A program made the position numbers and the translations under genes. Source: Basidiobolus meristosporus CBS 931.73 (lineage: Eukaryota; Fungi; Basidiobolomycota). Taken from it: a stretch of DNA of 64,000 nucleotides. Below, piece by piece: positions 27,077 through 40,813 of this stretch (position 1 is its first letter; every line of letters begins with the position of its first letter). The stretch is taken from positions 106,904 to 170,903 of the forward strand of contig MCFE01000105.1 in the NCBI GenBank assembly GCA_002104905.1, read 5' to 3'. The notes under the pieces were generated by a model. It saw nothing but the letters and a program-made list of their open reading frames with translations, was not told the origin of the DNA and made no database searches.

Positions 27077-27455
27077 TGTCAGGAGCCGGCTTCTAAAGAC
27101 TACCCCTACTCTATCTACTGAAATTGAATGACCGGTGTAGAATTTGCCCACGATCTTCGAAAGAAAATTTTGTTTAGTCGACTCGTATATACAAATCGCA
27201 TTGAATCTCCACATCATGAGCAGCCACTCAGCAAACAAATAACGATGGTATTACGTTTAAAATTCCACCCACTCTGAAGAGGGGTATATCGAATTTTATT
27301 TATGGTGAGTATGCAAAAGTTAGAAGATGAGTAAAGATCTTATGTATGGTACACAAATGTTTGGAAATAAGGAGTTCCTCTAGATCGTATTAATCTAAAT
27401 GAAGAGTGAATGGGAAGGTATGATGTGCTGATAGAGTAAAGGCGAACCAAGTTTC

Positions 27456-29444
27456 TTAGTTCTTCTTCTCCTCGTTGTCAACAACAGTCTCGCCGTTAGG
27501 GGCGTTGTTGGCATCTTGGGCAGCACGGTTCTTGTAGACAGCCTCGAACAACTTGAGGGAAGCTTGTTGGAGCTCGTTGGTACCCTTGCGAAGTTCCTCG
27601 GGGTCAGCCTCCTCACCGAGGGCAACGGATTCACGCAATTTGCTGATTTGCTCCTTGATCTTCTTGGCCTCCTCTTGGTCAACTTGTTCCTTGAAGTCGT
27701 TCATGTGCTTCTCGGTCTCGTTGATGGCGGACTCGGCGTTGTTGGTGGCTTCGATAGCGGCCTTGCGCTTGGCATCGCTCTCGGCGAATTGCTCGGCGTT
27801 CTTGACCATGTTCTCAATCTCGTCCTTGCTCAAGCCAGAGGAGGCAACAATGGACATGGATTGATCGCGGCCAGTGGCCTTATCCTTGGCACCGACGTTA
27901 ACGATACCATCAGCATCAATATCAAAGGAAACCTCGATTTGAGGAACACCACGAGGAGCGGGGGCAATGCCAGTAAGGTTGAAGTCACCGAGGAGCTTGT
28001 TGTCACGGCAGAGTTCACGCTCACCTTGGTAAACCTTGACTTGGACTTGGGTTTGGCCATCGGCGGCAGTGGAGAAGACTTGAGACTTCTTGGTGGGGAT
28101 GGTGGTGTTACGGTTGATAAGACGAGTGAACACACCACCCAAGGTCTCAATACCAAGGGAAAGAGGGGTAACATCCAAGAGAAGGATATCAGTTACGGAA
28201 CCAGACAAGACACCACCTTGAATAGCGGCACCGATGGCAACGGCTTCATCGGGGTTGACGCTCTTTCCGGGCTCCTTGCCGAACAATTCCTTGACGGTCT
28301 CGATGGCCTTGGGCATGCGGGACATACCACCGACAAGAACGACTTCACTGATGTCAGCGGATTGGACACCAGCATCCTTCATGGCCTTTCTGCAGGGCTC
28401 GAAAGTACGCTCCAACAAAGGCTTGGTCATAGCCTCGAACTTGGAACGGGTGAGCTTCATGTTGATGTGCTTGGGACCGGTGGCATCAGCAGTGATGTAA
28501 GGAAGGTTGATGTCAGTTTGGAGAGTGGAGGAGAGTTCGATCTTGGCCTTCTCACAGGCTTCACGAATACGTTGGATGGCCATTCTGTCGTTGGTGAGAT
28601 CAATACCCTCGGTTTGCTTGAAGTCGCCAACAATTTGGTTGACGAGGTGGATATCGAAATCTTCACCACCCAAATGGGTGTCACCGTTGGTGGACTTGAC
28701 TTCGAAGACACCATTCTGGATTTCCAAAATGGAGATATCGAAGGTACCACCACCGAGATCGTAGATGGCAACAACCTTGTCTCCGACCTTGTCCAAACCG
28801 TAGGCAAGGGCAGCGGCGGTAGGCTCGTTGATGACACGAAGAACATCGAGACCAGCGATCTTTCCGGCATCCTTGGTGGCTTGACGCTGGGCGTCGTTGA
28901 AGTAAGCGGGAACGGTAATGACTGCTTGGGTGATCTTCTTGCTAAGGAAAGACTCGGCGGTATCCTTCATTTTACCCAAAACGAAGGCACCGATTTGACT
29001 GGGGGAGTACTTGGTACCTCTGGCCTCAACCCAAGCATCACCGTTGGTGTGCTTGACAATCTTGTAGGGGACGGCCTTGATGTCGTTTTGGACCTCATGG
29101 TCATTGAAGTTACGACCGATCAAACGCTTGGTAGCGAAGAGGGTGTTCTCAGGGTTGACAACAGCTTGACGCTTGGCAGCTTGACCAACAAGAAGCTCAC
29201 CTTCCTTGGTGAAGGCAACAACGGAAGGAGTGGTTCTGGTACCCTCGGAGTTCTCCAAGATTCTGGGGTTCTTGCCGTCCATGATGGCAACGCAGGAGTT
29301 GGTGGTTCCCAAATCGATACCAATTACGGAGCCATTGGCAGTGCTGTAGTTACGTGCAAGAACACCAAGAGCAGCGCTCTTTTGACGGAACAATTTGGTG
29401 GCGTTCAAAGCAGAAGCCTGGGCGACTTTAGAAATGCTATACAT
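27456..29444 (-). CDS. SSC1: Mitochondrial Hsp70, intronless
   Basis: Presequence-like N-terminus (MYSISKVAQ), [36 protein letters not shown]. DnaK-like, with no EEVD terminus. Confidence 0.96.
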   Translation of the reverse strand: MYSISKVAQASALNATKLFRQKSAALGVLARNYSTANGSVIGIDLGTTNSCVAIMDGKNPRILENSEGTRTTPSVVAFTKEGELLVGQAAKRQAVVNPENTLFATKRLIGRNFNDHEVQNDIKAVPYKIVKHTNGDAWVEARGTKYSPSQIGAFVLGKMKDTAESFLSKKITQAVITVPAYFNDAQRQATKDAGKIAGLDVLRVINEPTAAALAYGLDKVGDKVVAIYDLGGGTFDISILEIQNGVFEVKSTNGDTHLGGEDFDIHLVNQIVGDFKQTEGIDLTNDRMAIQRIREACEKAKIELSSTLQTDINLPYITADATGPKHINMKLTRSKFEAMTKPLLERTFEPCRKAMKDAGVQSADISEVVLVGGMSRMPKAIETVKELFGKEPGKSVNPDEAVAIGAAIQGGVLSGSVTDILLLDVTPLSLGIETLGGVFTRLINRNTTIPTKKSQVFSTAADGQTQVQVKVYQGERELCRDNKLLGDFNLTGIAPAPRGVPQIEVSFDIDADGIVNVGAKDKATGRDQSMSIVASSGLSKDEIENMVKNAEQFAESDAKRKAAIEATNNAESAINETEKHMNDFKEQVDQEEAKKIKEQISKLRESVALGEEADPEELRKGTNELQQASLKLFEAVYKNRAAQDANNAPNGETVVDNEEKKN

Positions 29445-30781
29445 ATTGAAAGCTGTTTCGGTAAAAAGAAACCTTGAGAGAAACAAGAAGCAGTATCGAC
29501 TCCACCCGACAATTGGCAATATTTATAGTCTGTCCCCGAGACAAGTGAATTTGTTCGTTCAGATTCCAAAGTGAACAGGTCCAATATTTGCTCAAAAGCG
29601 AAAAAATTTCTTTTGCCTAAATCGGTATCCCAACGCAACTGAGATGTCGGATTTGAAACTTTCAGTAACCAATTTAAACTTAACTCCGTATTTCAATTTT
29701 TCGTGGCTGTATTTCAATATACCGGTACTAATCTACAGTTTATCCGATGAGCATTTCACCTCACCAAACCCTGTCCGATATCACGACTCGCAGGCAATGT
29801 GCGCAGTCTCCTGGTCTCTGAATGTGTCATCTCTTAAGTAGCCGCTTCCACAGCTATCTGATTGAAATGTGGCTGAATCAAGGCGGTAATTTACATATGG
29901 TATCAATATCAAGGCTTACCAATGGAGTAGGTAAGCCCCTCTCAACCCGATCTATGACCCGAAGATTTTGGGGCGGTCACTCATTTGTACTGATTTAAAA
30001 TATGATGTTTCTTTTGTGATCAAATACCAACCTCTCCCTCGTTGTTGCTACGGTTACTCGTGCCAATGGGAGTCTCATCAAAAGAAGGCGCAGCCATCTA
30101 TTGCTGGCCCTTCCGAAAGAACACCCTTCTGATTGGTCCATCGCTGCCCTACCCATGCTAAATATCGGCTCGTCCATAATAAGAAAATCAAGTGAATACG
30201 TAAGCGCTGCGGAGTAGTTGAAGCAGTTACACCTAACTGGCCACGTATCCAATTAATCTCGAACTTTCCCCATCTTTCGCTCTCATCCAAACGGGTCAAC
30301 CTGCAGATTTGACTCACAACCTGATCGCATAGAGAATAGCGGGGTCTCACGGAATTCTCCGCTGTGATAATACACATCAATTTAATTCGGAATAAGTTTT
30401 GACTTTTTCGGATTCCCCAAGGTCCATGATGTCAGATTGAAGGGGCCACTCAAACCCAGGAGGTCGTGAGATTTAGGTGTAGCGTGTTAACCACCCATAT
30501 TAGGGCCGATTGGTATCTTGGGATAATCTTTTGATTCTGCGCCACATCTTTCAGGGTAATTTACGTCATTTATATGCGTCCAAGTGCTCGGTGGATTCGA
30601 GCGGATGGTGTTTTTGACAAAGCGTTGGCGACATTTATTCAAACTGACCGGTGTACATAAAACATATATATTTCAAGATTACTTACATCCCATGGATTGA
30701 TAGATTCAAAATGCTTTCTACGGGTGGCGATATTGTCATCGTGTCCACTAGGATATCAGTACGCTTATGCGGGTTATCCGT

Positions 30782-33683
30782 TCACAGAGCATCAAAGTTG
30801 ATAATGTGAAGATCTTTTCTTCTCTCCAACTCATCTTCTTTCTATTATAGCATATGATAATCAGACGCTGGATCATTTGGGAATCAAATGGGAATCTTAC
30901 CTTTTCTATCCGGGCCAATATATATATGATTATCGATAAAACAACCATGGTAACTACCATTACTAAGAGAACCCATTTGGCATAGCCACTCGGGCTGATA
31001 TAAAGCTCAAGGGACCAGCTGTTGAAGTTGGCTTGGTGAGTGATCCGATGTGTGTGCAGGCGATGTCTCTGCTTACCTTGAAGGGGTGACGGTATCTTCT
31101 GGCTGATAGGGGATGATGATGAGTTGAGAGTTGGGGATAACTCCTTGCCAGGTGTTATAATGCTTGGTCTTTGTTGCAACCGCGGTTAGTATATTCAATA
31201 TGATCCATCGCAATGGCGTCCCAAATACCTGGTTCCTGGTGGTTCCAACAAAAAGATTCTCAATATAATTGTTGGTACGCCCAAGTCCAAACAAGTTATA
31301 TGGAGTCTGGAGAGAACAATAGCCAGATTGAAATAGCTGACTCACTATACCAACCAATTAATCCATGCTGTCCAAGTGTGCTGGCAGCCAAACGGTACAA
31401 ACCTTGGGTGGCACGCTTATTACCATTGGTATCAATCACTGTATACTTGAATGTTGCACCAGGATAGCTAACTCCATACGGCTGAGGGGAAGCCGAAAGG
31501 CAGTGAGCAAGAGAGTTGCACTGAGATTTACTAAATGGATTATTACCTTGGTATTTGGATGGGTTTCTTCCAGCCCACACCAGCTGGGGCACACTCCATT
31601 CAGCACTAATTCAAATCAACTTATTGGGCATCCAAGATGTTTGCCGAACCAATGACGGACTTACCCAGAGTCTTCATAAAAAAGGCATCATTGAAGAAAT
31701 TGTTGTATAAGACGTTGGCGTTGCGGGATGCTAATCGGGTATCGCTATTCGACGGCGAGAGGACCAAAAAGTCAAGGGTTCCCTTGAGTGGGCGTTGTGG
31801 GGTTAGAATGATGCATAGTAGATGAGGCAATTCCGATACACGTACATCCTCATCAAGATCAAAAAACGCCCCGGCTTTGGGATTTGGGATTGCGTTCAAG
31901 TCGTCAAGACCGCTCGACACTAGCACCATGGTCCGTCTCTTTGCATCGATCGTAGCTTGCGAGCAGCGGCCTGATTTGCAGGGTTCATTTTGCAGCAAAT
32001 ACATCTTGGATGAATCTTTTCCCTCTGTAGTAACCAACAGAACATCTGGATGGCCATCCAAATTGTAGTCACCTATTGCAGTCACAATCGATTAGTTTGG
32101 ATTAGTGAGCGATGTGCTACAAATGTTGAACCTATGCGGAGCGGGACTGGTAAGATTCCGTTGAAGTTGGCATCGCTCGTCATGATAGGCTTCGTGATCC
32201 CCAGATCTTTCAAAGCCACAGCAACGTGGCCCTGGAGAAAGGTTAGCATGCTACATCGTCAGTGTTTGTACGGTAGAATACGAACCGGATTATCCTCCGC
32301 TAGGCCAAGGTCAAATTTGAAATTGACGTCAGGCTGGCACAACTCCCCAACCTTTCGACAATTGCCTTGGTTGGATTTGGCACAGAGAGGCATTTGCTGG
32401 TTATAAACAATGTGGATTTCGCATGCGTCGTTGTTCGGACAAACCGGGAAAACCATATCCATAGTCCCATCGCCGTCTAGCCAAAAGGGTTAGCACTTTG
32501 CTCATACGAATGTTGGCCTTGCGCCCTTACCCATATCAGCAAATGAGACTGGTCCGGCACCGTTCGGCAAATCGCCTTCCTGGCCAAGCTTAAACTGGCC
32601 GTTCTTGTTGTTGGTCCATATTTGAAAGTGGACCGGGCTAGAGTCGGTATCTTTGCATGTGATGAATAGGTCTAGTGTATATCAGATTGAGTGCGGCGTT
32701 CTCAAAGCGAGTGTGAGGGCTTCACAAGCTGTACCTGCCAAACAATCGCCATCCAGATCAATGAATGCATTCGAGTGCGGATTCGAGATTTTGCATGCTT
32801 GTCCGCCGACTGGGGTGAAAGGGGTGCTAGGGCCAATGGATGAGTGTTAAATGCCAAGGTGGTACCGGGTGAGAATAGGTGCATTGCGTACATTTCGAAC
32901 AGTTTCGCTGGGTCGTTGGTCCCAGTATTTTTCCATACACTTAGTTGGCCAGGATTAGAAGCGGGGTATCCTATCAAATCGGTGCGCATATCCCCGTCGT
33001 AATCTAAGGTGACTGGCTGGGCCGAGGTGGCAGGTGGAAGCGTGGTGTATGCTTCGGCTAATGTTTTCAGAAACCATAAGTATATTGAAGAGAGTATCAG
33101 CGCATTACTTGTTACGATGCTGACAAAAGTCGTTCTCCCCGTTTCCAAAGTATACCCGCATGAGTACATCTCCAGCTTTTCCTGGATCCTTCTGTCCCAT
33201 CAACAACACGTCCAACTTTCCATCATAGTTAAAGTCACCGGCGACGACGTTGGTGATAACAAAGCCCTCAGCTCCATTCGGGTCTATCTTGATTTCTGAA
33301 GTGGTTTTGACGAACTTGTATTGCTCTATGATAGACGTAGTTCAGATGGACCGATCAGGTAATGACTGCGATTCACTCGGAAATACCATGATGCCAGAGG
33401 TAAAAACTCAAAGTAGACTGGTCGCCACTTAGCACAAACAAATCCGTACTGGAAATAGACAAGTAAGTACACGGGGTATACTGAGTGAATCCAAAGCCAA
33501 AAATTACAATTTATCCTCGTTGATATCACCAAATGCTACTACGGTTCCGCTTATTTCACCCAAGCCTACGTCCACACGATGTAAGCCATTGGTGGAGAAT
33601 TTAGGACGTGCCAAGGTTCCTAGCGGAAGTATGGCACTGAAAAGAAATAAAAGTAAGGAAAATCTTAAGGAAACAACACCCAT
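30782..33683 (-). CDS. ITFG1/TIP/LINKIN-like FG-GAP repeat single-pass membrane protein, multi-exon
   Basis: Signal peptide (MGVVSLRF), FG-GAP-like motifs (AFGDINEDK, GDFNYDGKLD, GDYNLDGHPDVL), NDAFFMK, GRTNNYIE, TM segment, C-terminal EK|KEDELERRKDLHIINFDAL*. Confidence 0.88.
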
Positions 33684-33962
33684 GTGGAATTTGGTTCCCA
33701 AGAGGTGTTGAGAGGTATATTTGTTGTATAGCTAATGGAAACTACGGGATAATATTCAAGTTGATCAAGCCATGCCCGTCCGGACTGACTATCTGGAAAT
33801 CTACGTGATATCACTTGAGATTAGAATAAGGATAATTTTCAATTGAGGCAATCTGGAATGCATTTCTCGAGGAATCGGTGTCTTTTTTTCTCAACCACTA
33901 AATCGTTCGCGTATCTCAAGTCTGCTAAGCTAGTTCTCTTCTGCATCATTCTCTAAGCAATC

Positions 33963-34757
33963 ATGGGGGCTGAGGAGGAATTTTACGTTCGTTACTAGTG
34001 AGTTTCAATTTGCACTTTTGTTTCTTGGGTGAACGTAGAACTAAGAAGTCTTCAATTCGTCGCCGATGACTTTCTAGCACAGGACACATGGGAAAGCATG
34101 GCCACGAGTTTTTGGAATTCGAGTTCCGCGGGGATGGGAAAATGCGTTACGCCAACAATTCCAACTACCGTAACGACAGCCTTATCAGAAAAGAAAGTAC
34201 GCCCTCAAAGGCGCTTCGTGACGCCTACATTGACTGTTTTGTTTGGGCTAAGATCTAACCGATGTTGTGTAGTGGATGTCAGCAAAACCATGTTGAAGGA
34301 GCTCAAGAGAATTGTATCCGAAAGCGGTGTTATGGAGTAGGATATTTTATTTTTCCCAGCGACCCCAGTAGCGAAGTTGACTAAACATAACGTACCTGTA
34401 GCGAGGACGACAAGCTCTGGCCCAAACGTAATGTCGTTGGCCGACAAGAATTAGAGATTCGCCTTGGAAATGAACACATATCTTTTGAGGTAGGTTGCCA
34501 CACCCATCGTCGTTCCAGGAAAGGATTTCTGAACGGTCGTCTCCCTCTAGACTGCGAAAATCGGATCCTTGGTAGATGTCCAAGAGAGCAAAGACCCTGA
34601 GGGGTTGCGCATCTTCTACTATCTGGTGCAGGACTTGAAATGTCTTGTATTCTCATTGATCTCTCTTCACTTCAAGGTAGGCGGTTCATTTGCACGCATG
34701 GCTAACTTCTTTCTACGATGGTAACCGACGAATCTCTTCCAGATCAAGCCCATCTAG
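33963..34757 (+). CDS. MAGO: Mago nashi (exon junction complex core), about 6 exons
   Basis: EFYVRYY|[59 protein letters not shown]|IKPI*. Confidence 0.95.
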
Positions 34758-35088
34758 TCATCGGTGTCCCACTTGACAAGATAATAGAAATCAATGTTGC
34801 CATCATCTCAAGCATCGATGCTGGCTCTAAATAATAAATAACCCATTTGAAAACCTGACCCTAAAAGATTTAGCCATGTATCCCCCTAGACTTAAGTCAG
34901 AAGTTAGTGATTGTTTTTTCAAAATGCTTACCTAAATCAGCCATGTCTCAGGGAAATAAAATCGATTACGCAACACTCAATAGGTCTACGTGAACCAACT
35001 CTTGGACTAAACTGAGTGGGTTATTTGAGGTGTATTCCAAACTCATTCACTCAACTCTAGAACTTCTCCAAATAACAAATCCTTCAAC

Positions 35089-35957
35089 ATGGTAAGTCCA
35101 AGCAGCCCTTCAGCCATCCATAGCACCTTACCAATATGATTCCTTGTTGCTAGTCTATTATGGAATATAACGGAGGCGGTGTTGTCGCCATGGTGGGCAA
35201 AGATTGTGTTGCCATCGCCGCCGATAAGCGTCTCGGAGTGCAAGCTATGACCGTCTCTACCGAATTCCAAAAAATCTTCCCAGTCACCCAAAAGACATAC
35301 GTTGGGCTACCTGGTCTTGCCTCCGATGTGTTGACTCTGTAGGAATAATCCTCCACATAGACCGCAAGTGTTAGTTATTAATTAGCCAATTGAACCCATT
35401 TAGGCAGGAAAGATTCCGCTTCAAGGTCAACATGTACAAATTGCGCGAAGAGAGAGAGATTCAACCAAAGACCTTCGCTCATATGGTATCTTCCACTCTG
35501 TATGAAAAGAGGTATGCATCATTCCCCCATCCGATGTGGGTAAAATTTTCCGCGGCTAACCTTGAGCCCAACTCTAGATTCGGCCCCTACTTCGTTGAGC
35601 CAGTTGTTGCTGGCTTGGATAAGGAGAACAAGCCATTCATTTGCTCCATGGATTTGATTGGGTGCATTAACTTTGCCAAGGACTTTGTTGTTAGTGGTGT
35701 GCCCTCTGCTAACCTCTACGGTATGTGCGAATCCCTCTGGGAGCCTGACATGGGACCCGAGGAGTTGTTTGAGGCCTGTTCCCAAGCACTCTTGAACGCC
35801 GTTGACCGTGATGCCCTTTCCGGTTGGGGAGCTGTCGTTCACATCATGTAAGTATGGCTAATCTCCATTGTACAGACCAAGTAACTCATCAACAACATGA
35901 ATTCCTAGCACTCCTGAGAAGGTCATCACTCGCACATTGAAGACTCGTATGGATTAA
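35089..35957 (+). CDS. PUP3: 20S proteasome subunit beta-3, ATG-only first exon
   Basis: M|[57 protein letters not shown]. Ends LKTRMD*. Confidence 0.96.
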
Positions 35958-36126
35958 TCGATGCTTGGATTTTTTGTGTACATTAAACCCCTCTCAATCT
36001 CCCTTTTCACACGATATGATGTTTATGTTTCATAATAAACCTTTTAATTTGAGAGCTGTTATTCACGAGCAAGTACCTCGGGGACATTTATTAATCGAGA
36101 TGTCAAGTGAAAATAAACGCAATCAT

Positions 36127-36884
36127 TTAGTGGTTGAGTTTGCGGATTTCTGCAACATCCTTGTAGGAATCCATGAACTTCTTGACGATCTTTTCAACGT
36201 CTGCCGCATCTGTGTATTGCTCTTGAAGGAAGCCACGCAGGGAGTTCCAGAATGGCTCACTCTTCAGAAGTTCGTCGCCGGCTGGAGTGAGTCCGGTGGA
36301 GGTTTCCACGGGTGTGGGTGCTGCGGTCTCGGAGGCAGCTGGCAGAGTGGCTTTTTGAAGGAGATGGATCACTGTGCTGCTGGTGATGTTGAATTCGAGA
36401 AGAGATTTGGAATCAGTCAAGGCCTTTCCTTTGAGAATTAAGCGTTGTGCTGCCACTGGCTGTGAGGAGACTGTTTGGAGTCTCTCCTTCAGTTTCATCA
36501 CTGTATCTCCTGGTTTCATCTTGATGATATATTCTTTGCCTCCTTTCAGGGCTTTTACCTTGACCAATATCTCCTCATCTGCACCAAAAAGTCAGCTAAT
36601 GTGTATTGTGGAGGAGCAGAGGTAGACGTTCCAACTTACTACTATCAGAACCAGCTGCGCCAGAGGATTCTGTGAGGGAAGTGAATTCTGGAAGAGCCTT
36701 TGAAGGAAACAACCTTTGGTCAAAATCGAGCCCAGGGTGAAATACATACAGAGGGACTTACATTCAAGATGTTCCTAGGTAAACTAAGTTGAACATGGGT
36801 AGGCGCGGTATAGTTCTCGGAATAACGAACAGGTGCCCCACTCAGCTTTCCAAGGATCTGTTTGGCAAATGCGAGGTCGGACAT
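36127..36884 (-). CDS. Get5/Mdy2 (UBL4A-like) ubiquitin-like protein, 3 exons
   Basis: Exon 1 MSDLAFAKQILGKLSGAPVRYSENY resembles the Get5 N-domain. Ubl domain (QRLILKGKALTDSKSL) and C-terminal FWNSLRGFL dimerisation-like motif. Confidence 0.75.
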
Positions 36885-37264
36885 GTTTGGCGATAGACAA
36901 ACTCGAATTTACTGGGAAAATTCAAAACCCACTTTTGAAAGGTTTAGAACGATTTAGAAGCCTATGTTGAATAGAATCAAGTAGCTGCTTCACGAAATTG
37001 AAAAGTGACGTAGATTATCACCTAGATTTAAGCCTACATGCTGGCCTAACCAATGTAAACAAACGTATTATTGAGGTGGAGCTAGCATGTAGCGAGGACA
37101 AAGGAATTCTCGAGCACAATCGTATCACGTGATCCACACCTCATTGATAGTGAGCGCTTTTGTGACGTTCGTTGTTAAAGGTCTACACTAAGATAGAAAG
37201 GTTCCAAGCGGATAAAGCCCCAAGTCAACCATCACTTTTTAGCTTCCCTTTACGCCATAGTTTT

Positions 37265-40200
37265 ATGTCCTTCAATTTCAACATTAGTAACCGACTTCAT
37301 GACCTGGACTCGTCGGTTACTAACCATCTAAAGATGGAAACTTTCCAAGTAAAGCCATTTTCCCTCCAACTCAAACACATGTGGTACACTAACTAGAACC
37401 CGGAACCAAGGGGAAGTTTGTTCCGAAAGATTTTGTAGAGAACATCTCGGTCAATCTGGTAGCGATGGCTCGAAATCATCCTCAAGGCAGGGCACCTTTT
37501 CTACGCAACTCTACCCATTTCCCTCTTGATAACAGGTCCTTTTCTTCCGACAACTTCAGATTTTGATCCTAAACCCTTTATTCGAACGTTCGAGTTTGCG
37601 GTGAATGAGCTGGTGAGATTAAAGGCTAGAGTAGAGAACACCGTGGATGAGTTGGAAAGAAATACCGAAGACGCTCAGCAAGTATACAAGAAGAGACTTG
37701 TAAATTTATCGGAGGTATCCAAGGTAAGTCCAAGGGGAAAATAACACAAGCGTTTCAAGTGGTAAATTAAGGGAATGTTTGACATAGGACATTCAACATT
37801 CATTCACGACCCTAGAATCTAGGGTTAGTGAAGTGGGAAACATCGCCATTAGGATCGGTATTTATAATCCCTTGTTGTTCATTAGCGCGGCGGCACGCAC
37901 TAAACCAATATGCTTTAGGGGAGCGTCTTGAGAGTATTGATAACCAACGTGTTCATGCATCTGATGTGAAAGAGTTGGCAGAGCTGTTTATACAGTTTAA
38001 CAAAGGTCCGCCTAGATATCTGGAGGATTTGAGGATTAATAGTGGACCGGACGGACAGTTCAAAGTAAGCCTTGCACAGCGTGCGCTCTTGGCATGGCTG
38101 ATCTCCTAATCGCTAAATGCAGGCTGCTACCATCGCTAGAAGACTTAATGGAATAGCCAAGGAAGTAGATTATCCTGGAACAGAGTTGGTACGAGACACA
38201 CAGTGCCTGGGAACCAAGTCCTGAAGTTGTGCTAATCTCACCACGTCTATTATCCAAGGCTGTATCAAACATTGAAAAATACTGTGAGACGCTGGAAACA
38301 AATCTACTGGAGGCATTTGATAGAGGCTACAAGAAGGGAGATACCCGAACCATGGCAGTCAGTATCAGAAGTAGGATGGATTGTTCGGGATGAATGTTGT
38401 TAACTGGGTACTTTAGAACTGCGCTAGAACCCTTTGCGAATTCAATGGCGGCCAGTCATGTATTCAGACATACATCAACCAGCACGAGTTCTTTATTTCT
38501 CAAATGAAGCTCATGGAGCCGGAGAATGCTTTAGAAAACAGATACTCTGGAAGGTAGGGTAAAACGTCCCCTTTATCGAATCTTTATTTACCCGCAGTGT
38601 TATTACCCTCAGTTCGAAGAATTTGAACGACTCCAACCCTGGCTCACTCCCAGTGGATCCCTGGCTTGATCATCTGTATCAGGAGATCAGACAGGTGATT
38701 AGAGAAGAGTGGGAGGTGATATCCATTGTGTTTCCCAACGCTCTATCGGTTATTCAGGTGTTCATTCAACGCATATTTGCACAATCGGTAAGTTACGAGT
38801 AACGGTATTGCTGCGATTGCGTCATTGACAGCAAATGCACTATTCTCCCCAGATTCAAGGTTACCTCGAGAGCCTTCTGCAGCGCGCTGAGTCGCAATCC
38901 CGAGTTGCCTACCTTCGGATTCTGGCGTCCTCACACGCAGCCACCGTGGAGCTTGTTGAAGATCTGAAGAAATTCGATGAATTCGTAATCCAGCCAAAAG
39001 TACACAAGTCTGGTCAAAAGCTAGGCACAGTTAGCTCATTGTCCGTGACACTAGACCGCTGCATGGATGACCTGTTTATCCCGTACTCCGAGAACGAGGC
39101 ATACATCAGGATCGAAAAAAGAGCCCTCAACGACGTATTCAAAGACATTCTAGCCCAATTTACCACCTACCATGTATTCGAGTTTCCATGCAGGCTTTTC
39201 GACAGACTTTTGCTAAAACAACCTCATCGTTTAGGTGCAAAGGCCGGCCTTTTCGAAGAGCCGCTCAGTATTTGGCCGCAGTGGAAGTCGCCGCTCCATC
39301 TCGAGTGGTACGGCTAGACTCTTGGCGAAAGCAGCCACCTCTGTCGGCAATAACGTCCAATTACCGCCTGAGGAGGACGGGATTCTGTCGGTAGATTCTG
39401 CCTTGGAACTTTTAAGTATTCACACAGAGGCTATCGAAAGATGCATCGAGCTCAGTAGCACTGAGGATTTGTAAGTGACAAACAGCCCGTGAATCCCCGA
39501 TGCTCCATCCACTCACAACTCTATTCCTCACAGGCCCAAGAATGTATCCGATCTATTTTCGATTCTGGTAGAGAGCCTAGGCAGGAATTATACTGAAGTT
39601 GCCTTGGACGCGTAAGTATCTTCGGCAAAGCTATTCGTTGGCGATTGTTGCTCAACATACATCATATTTCAGTACCCTCGATGACCTTCAGTACGTCGAC
39701 GCCAAAAACGAGCCAGACCTGAAGTGGTTGGAGACGCTGCAGCTAGCAAGTAGCTTGATTCACTTGATTCAGAACCATTTCCAAACCATCGTGGTAAGGC
39801 CAGTCCCACTACGGCAGCCAGGAACAAAAGCTTACATTGATTTGAGTAGATGCCGTTGCTTACCTCCTCCGCATCGATATACCGAGATGCCATCACCTAC
39901 AAGAACAACTTCATGACATCTTTGGAGAGCAAGCTGAACGGTATCATCCAAAAAACCATCGATGTGATCGGGGCGTGGTTGAACACGATCCTATCCCGCC
40001 AGAAGAAGAATGACTTCCGTCTACGCGATGACGACATAGAGTTCATTGGGATGGCCACCCAGCCATGCACCCAATGTATCGATTTCCTGAAGCGTACCTG
40101 CACGGTAGCTAATCGTACTCTCGATGGGCATAACTTGGAGATGTTCCTCTTGGAGGTGGGAGTCAACTTCTATGGCCTCCTGTTGGCCCATTTCAAGAAG

Positions 40201-40542
40201 TTCACTGTCAACGCTCTGGGCGGACTGGTGGTATCAAAGGATATATCCAAGTACCAAGAGGCCATCTCCATGTATAGACAGAAGGAGCTGAACGATCTTT
40301 TCGAGATGCTGCACCATTTGGGTAACTTGTTTTTGGTGAGAAGCGAGATTCTGAAAAGTCTGTTGGAGGAGGATGCTTTCCTACAGGACATACCGTTGCC
40401 AGATCTGGTACCCTACATACAAATGCGCGAGGACTACCGCTCGTCGCAGATCCCCAAACTCCTTGGTATATACACTCCCCAAACTACTACCGGGTGGAGC
40501 TCGCTGGACAAAGACATAAGAGCGATGTCAATTAACGGATAG
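37265..40542 (+). CDS. SEC10: Exocyst complex component Sec10 (EXOC5), many introns
   Basis: FDPKPFIRTFE, YCETLETNLLEAFD, NGGQSCIQTYINQHEFF, IIQKTIDVIGAWLNTILSRQKKNDF, HFKKFTVNALGGL. Start at 37265 is inferred. Confidence 0.92.
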
Positions 40543-40813
40543 GCTTCCTGTGTATTAGCATTTCATCCTACCTTACGGCCAGACCATCATTCCCCTTCCC
40601 TGCTCTGAGTGTTCTTCGCATTAAATATACTGTACCGGACAAGGCTCTATCCACGACCTGTCATTCTAATAAAACCACCAAAGATAGATCCGCCATTCAC
40701 GAACATTGTCAAGATCAGATGATGGGATAGATCTGCATGGATGCAGATTGATCGCATATCATCCATTCACCTCGACCGGGACTCCTCTCATCACAATATT
40801 CACCCTATTATCC

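Noticed and set aside
27516-29477. 653-aa ORF antisense to mtHsp70
   Set aside because: Long antisense frames opposite Hsp70 genes are a known by-product of codon bias, and this one has no independent domain signature.
29995-30380. ORFs of 85 and 100 aa
   Set aside because: No ATG context, splice structure or family motif.
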